DNA from: an uncultured Deferribacteres bacterium
Lineage (GTDB): Bacteria; Zhuqueibacterota; Zhuqueibacteria; Zhuqueibacterales; Geothermadaptataceae
Assembly: GCA_964014485.1 (NCBI GenBank)
Contig: CAXHAT010000096.1
Span: 1-27,717 of the forward strand
DNA: 27,717 bases
Direction of reading: 5' to 3'
Shown: one piece after another, positions 25,587 through 27,717 of the stretch
Position numbering within the stretch: position 1 is the first letter of the stretch
How the letters are laid out: each line of letters starts with the position of its first letter
Notes under the pieces: model-generated
Databases searched by the model: none
Told to the model about the DNA's origin: nothing
What the model saw: the letters and a program-made list of their open reading frames with translations, nothing else
Program-made: the position numbers and the translations under genes

Positions 25587-26531
25587 CTACCCAGTCGAAC
25601 GGGTGGAGGAGGCTCTGTTCGCGTTTCTGGTCTCTTGTCGGGATAACTCGGGAATCTTATCGAAAAGATTTAGAACAGATTGTTCCTTGTTTTTGGTTTC
25701 CAACATGACGTCTAACTCGAGATCATGAATCGTGTGGTGAAAATCTAAAAATGCGCCCGGATCGACCTCAAAAGAATGTGCGCCCGGCGGTTTTCCTGGC
25801 CACTGATTCGAATAATGGATTTTCGGGCGACCATCTTTTTCTCTCCAGGTTTCCATCGCCATTTCGATCAATTTACGGACGGAGTGATCTGTAAAAGACG
25901 GGTTCCACGAATGATGAAAAACGTCAAAGACCACCGGCGCGGAAATCTCTCGTGACAACGGCAGGACATCGGCGAGCGTATAGCTTTTTTCGTCATTTTC
26001 AATAATGAGTCTATTGCGTGCACTTTCTGAAAGCAGTGAAAAATTGCGGGCAAAGCGCTGTAGGCTGCCTGGCTTGTCGCCATAAGCCCCGCCGATGTGC
26101 AAAATGATTTTCGCGCTCTCATCAACCCCAAGAGCGTCCAAAAACCGGGCGTGATAATCGAGCTCCGCCACACTTTTCCGGATAACATCTTCACGCAAAG
26201 AATTCAAGACGGTGTATTGGCCGGGATGCATGGAAACGCGCATGTGGCGCCGATGAATAATTTCGCTCAACCGTTTGAACTCGGGCTGCAAAATTTCGAG
26301 CCAGTTGAGCGTATTGATTTCGTGCGAGCCAAAAGGGATCGCGTCGGAAGAGATGCGAAACAGCCGGATATTGTTTTCGGCATTCCACAGCAAAATTTGC
26401 TCGAGCCGTTCCAGATTTTCGCGCGCCAACTCCAGAATTCTATCCGGCGTTGCATTTTTCAGACGACACGTTCTGTTTGGCGACGGCAGTTGCGTATTAA
26501 TGCACGCGTAGCCGATTCTGATTTTTGACAT
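25587..26531 (-). CDS. uvsE: UV DNA damage repair endonuclease
   Basis: IGYACIN, LFRISS, SMHPGQYTVLNS, LHIGGAYG, LIIENDE, VFDVFHH, PKIHYS, GAHS, DVMLETKNKE. Confidence 0.95.
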   Translation of the reverse strand: MSKIRIGYACINTQLPSPNRTCRLKNATPDRILELARENLERLEQILLWNAENNIRLFRISSDAIPFGSHEINTLNWLEILQPEFKRLSEIIHRRHMRVSMHPGQYTVLNSLREDVIRKSVAELDYHARFLDALGVDESAKIILHIGGAYGDKPGSLQRFARNFSLLSESARNRLIIENDEKSYTLADVLPLSREISAPVVFDVFHHSWNPSFTDHSVRKLIEMAMETWREKDGRPKIHYSNQWPGKPPGAHSFEVDPGAFLDFHHTIHDLELDVMLETKNKEQSVLNLFDKIPELSRQETRNANRASSTRSTG

Positions 26532-26560
26532 ATTTTGAAACTGGATTTATGTGTTCTAAA

Positions 26561-26647
26561 GCAGAGGCGCTGAGACTTTGGAGCGTTTTATGAATAACAG
26601 CTAATTTGAATTTTCTCTCCGGAACTCAGCGCTATTGGCGACTCTGC
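26561..26647. repeat. Degenerate long inverted repeat (GCAGAG...CTCTGC type)
   Basis: GCAGAG (26561) pairs with CTCTGC (26642). GCGCTGAG..GGAG pairs with CTCC..CTCAGCGC. Confidence 0.45.
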
Positions 26648-26685
26648 GTTTAATTCGATCTGTTCTTGGAATTTGAGGCTTTAGT

Positions 26686-27138
26686 TCAACCAAAAATCTT
26701 CGCTAACGCCGCCTCACGATAATTGAAAATGCGTTCAACGTCCCGGCGGACGAAGAGCGTGTGGACAATGGGTTCAAGCGGCCCGCCCGGCGCCGCGTAC
26801 TGCACGCGGTCGATCATGCGCGTGGAGCCGTCGAGTTCTTCAAAAATGTGTTCATGCACCCACAAATGATAAGGCCCGCTCACCTGCACGTCCACGAAGC
26901 GATGCGGCGGCTCCCACTCGGTGATTTCAGTGCGCCATTTGACCGGCAAGCCGTAAAGTTTGAGCTGATAATCGATGATCGCGCCCTTTTGCATTTTGAT
27001 CGGTAAAGGCGTGAGAATTTTGAAATTCAGCCAGGACGGCGTGATTTTGTCGAGATTCGCCGTATCGCTGAAAAACGAAAAGGTCAAATCTCTTGGCTGT
27101 TCAATATTCGTGCTTTTTTCTAAAATTCGCGTTTTCAT
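26686..27138 (-). CDS. SRPBCC (START/polyketide cyclase-like) domain protein
   Basis: FSFFSDTANLDKITP, WRTEIT, FVDVQVSGPY-x-LWVHEHIF, MIDRVQY, IFNYR. Confidence 0.9.
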   Translation of the reverse strand: MKTRILEKSTNIEQPRDLTFSFFSDTANLDKITPSWLNFKILTPLPIKMQKGAIIDYQLKLYGLPVKWRTEITEWEPPHRFVDVQVSGPYHLWVHEHIFEELDGSTRMIDRVQYAAPGGPLEPIVHTLFVRRDVERIFNYREAALAKIFG

Positions 27139-27716
27139 GGCAAGTCTCTTCCTTTGCCTGAATCACTGATTTCTCGCAATGCTTCAGGGTATGGTTCAAA
27201 AAAAGTTTGTCGAGCGAGATATTTTTGGTCGAATCGTGCGATCCAGGAGTTCAAAACGCTCAGGACTGCTGAAAGGGGCGACTTGAGCTCGCGGTACTTC
27301 TCCAGCAGATCAAGAAAGAACGCCTTTTCTTCTTTACTCAATCTCTTGGAAAAATAACCAAAAGCGTGCAGAAGAACGTTGATGTTCGAGCCGATTTTCG
27401 GCATTCTCGCGAAAGTTTTTTTCAATTCCGCTTCATATTCCGGAATCAATTCGTGAAAAGCGCGCTTTTGCGGATTCGCAACGATCCGCCCCATGGCGCG
27501 CATTGTTTTCTGATTGTAAGTCATGAAGACCAGCTTGTTGTCCGCTTGAAAATCCACGAGCGCATTCATCGAATTGGAGCACTTGACTTCTCGAAATCTT
27601 GCGAGCGTAAAAAGCTTGGTTAAAAAGTGTTCGCGGATACGGAAATTTCGCAACCGTCCTTCTTCTTCGGCGGCCAATCCTGGGAATTTATCAACTACAG
27701 CCTGCCCGAAAAATCC
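27135..27716 (-). CDS. YbgA-family (DUF1722) protein, probably a DUF523-DUF1722 fusion; 5' end lies beyond the window
   Basis: Frame is open to the window edge (GFFGQAVVDKFPGLAAEEEGRL). Motifs NINVLLHAFGYFS and YLARQTFFEPYP. ATGA overlap with the SRPBCC gene. Confidence 0.88.
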   Translation of the reverse strand, partial: GFFGQAVVDKFPGLAAEEEGRLRNFRIREHFLTKLFTLARFREVKCSNSMNALVDFQADNKLVFMTYNQKTMRAMGRIVANPQKRAFHELIPEYEAELKKTFARMPKIGSNINVLLHAFGYFSKRLSKEEKAFFLDLLEKYRELKSPLSAVLSVLNSWIARFDQKYLARQTFFEPYPEALREISDSGKGRDLP

Positions 27717-27717
27717 G

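Noticed and set aside
26552..26565. TGTTC-TAAA-GCAGA as an SOS box upstream of uvsE
   Set aside because: Two mismatches to TGTTC-N4-GAACA, no match to the 9906 palindrome, and it overlaps a repeat element.

Overview
Gene-dense bacterial chromosomal window, mostly encoded on the minus strand. It has four blocks. (1) A housekeeping run from 133 to 9891: DUF3810-like peptidase, MauE-rhodanese fusion, comF, gap, tpiA, secG, tRNA-Leu(GAG), a TPR protein, a STAS/RsbW-kinase fusion, an atypical DnaJ and an exported alpha/beta hydrolase. (2) A patch of small genes from 9974 to 12818: a DUF6504-like ORF behind a promoter with a perfect palindromic operator, a lipoprotein, an AlaX editing domain and a hydrolase, with a ~200-bp MITE-like insertion. 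(3) A tightly coupled five-gene operon from 13184 to 18077 (membrane protein, metallophosphoesterase, orphan sigma-54 response regulator, methyltransferase, aldo-keto reductase-Rid fusion), followed by glgA and a GT2. (4) A light/UV-protection cluster from 20819 to the window end: ybgA-like, SRPBCC, uvsE, crtI, crtB, crtZ, lycopene cyclase, idi. Intergenic spaces carry several distinct palindromic REP/MITE-like repeat families. I saw no CRISPR array, rRNA, integrase or intact transposase. All family calls come from motif recognition, not database searches. An FCB-group-like host is a weak inference only.
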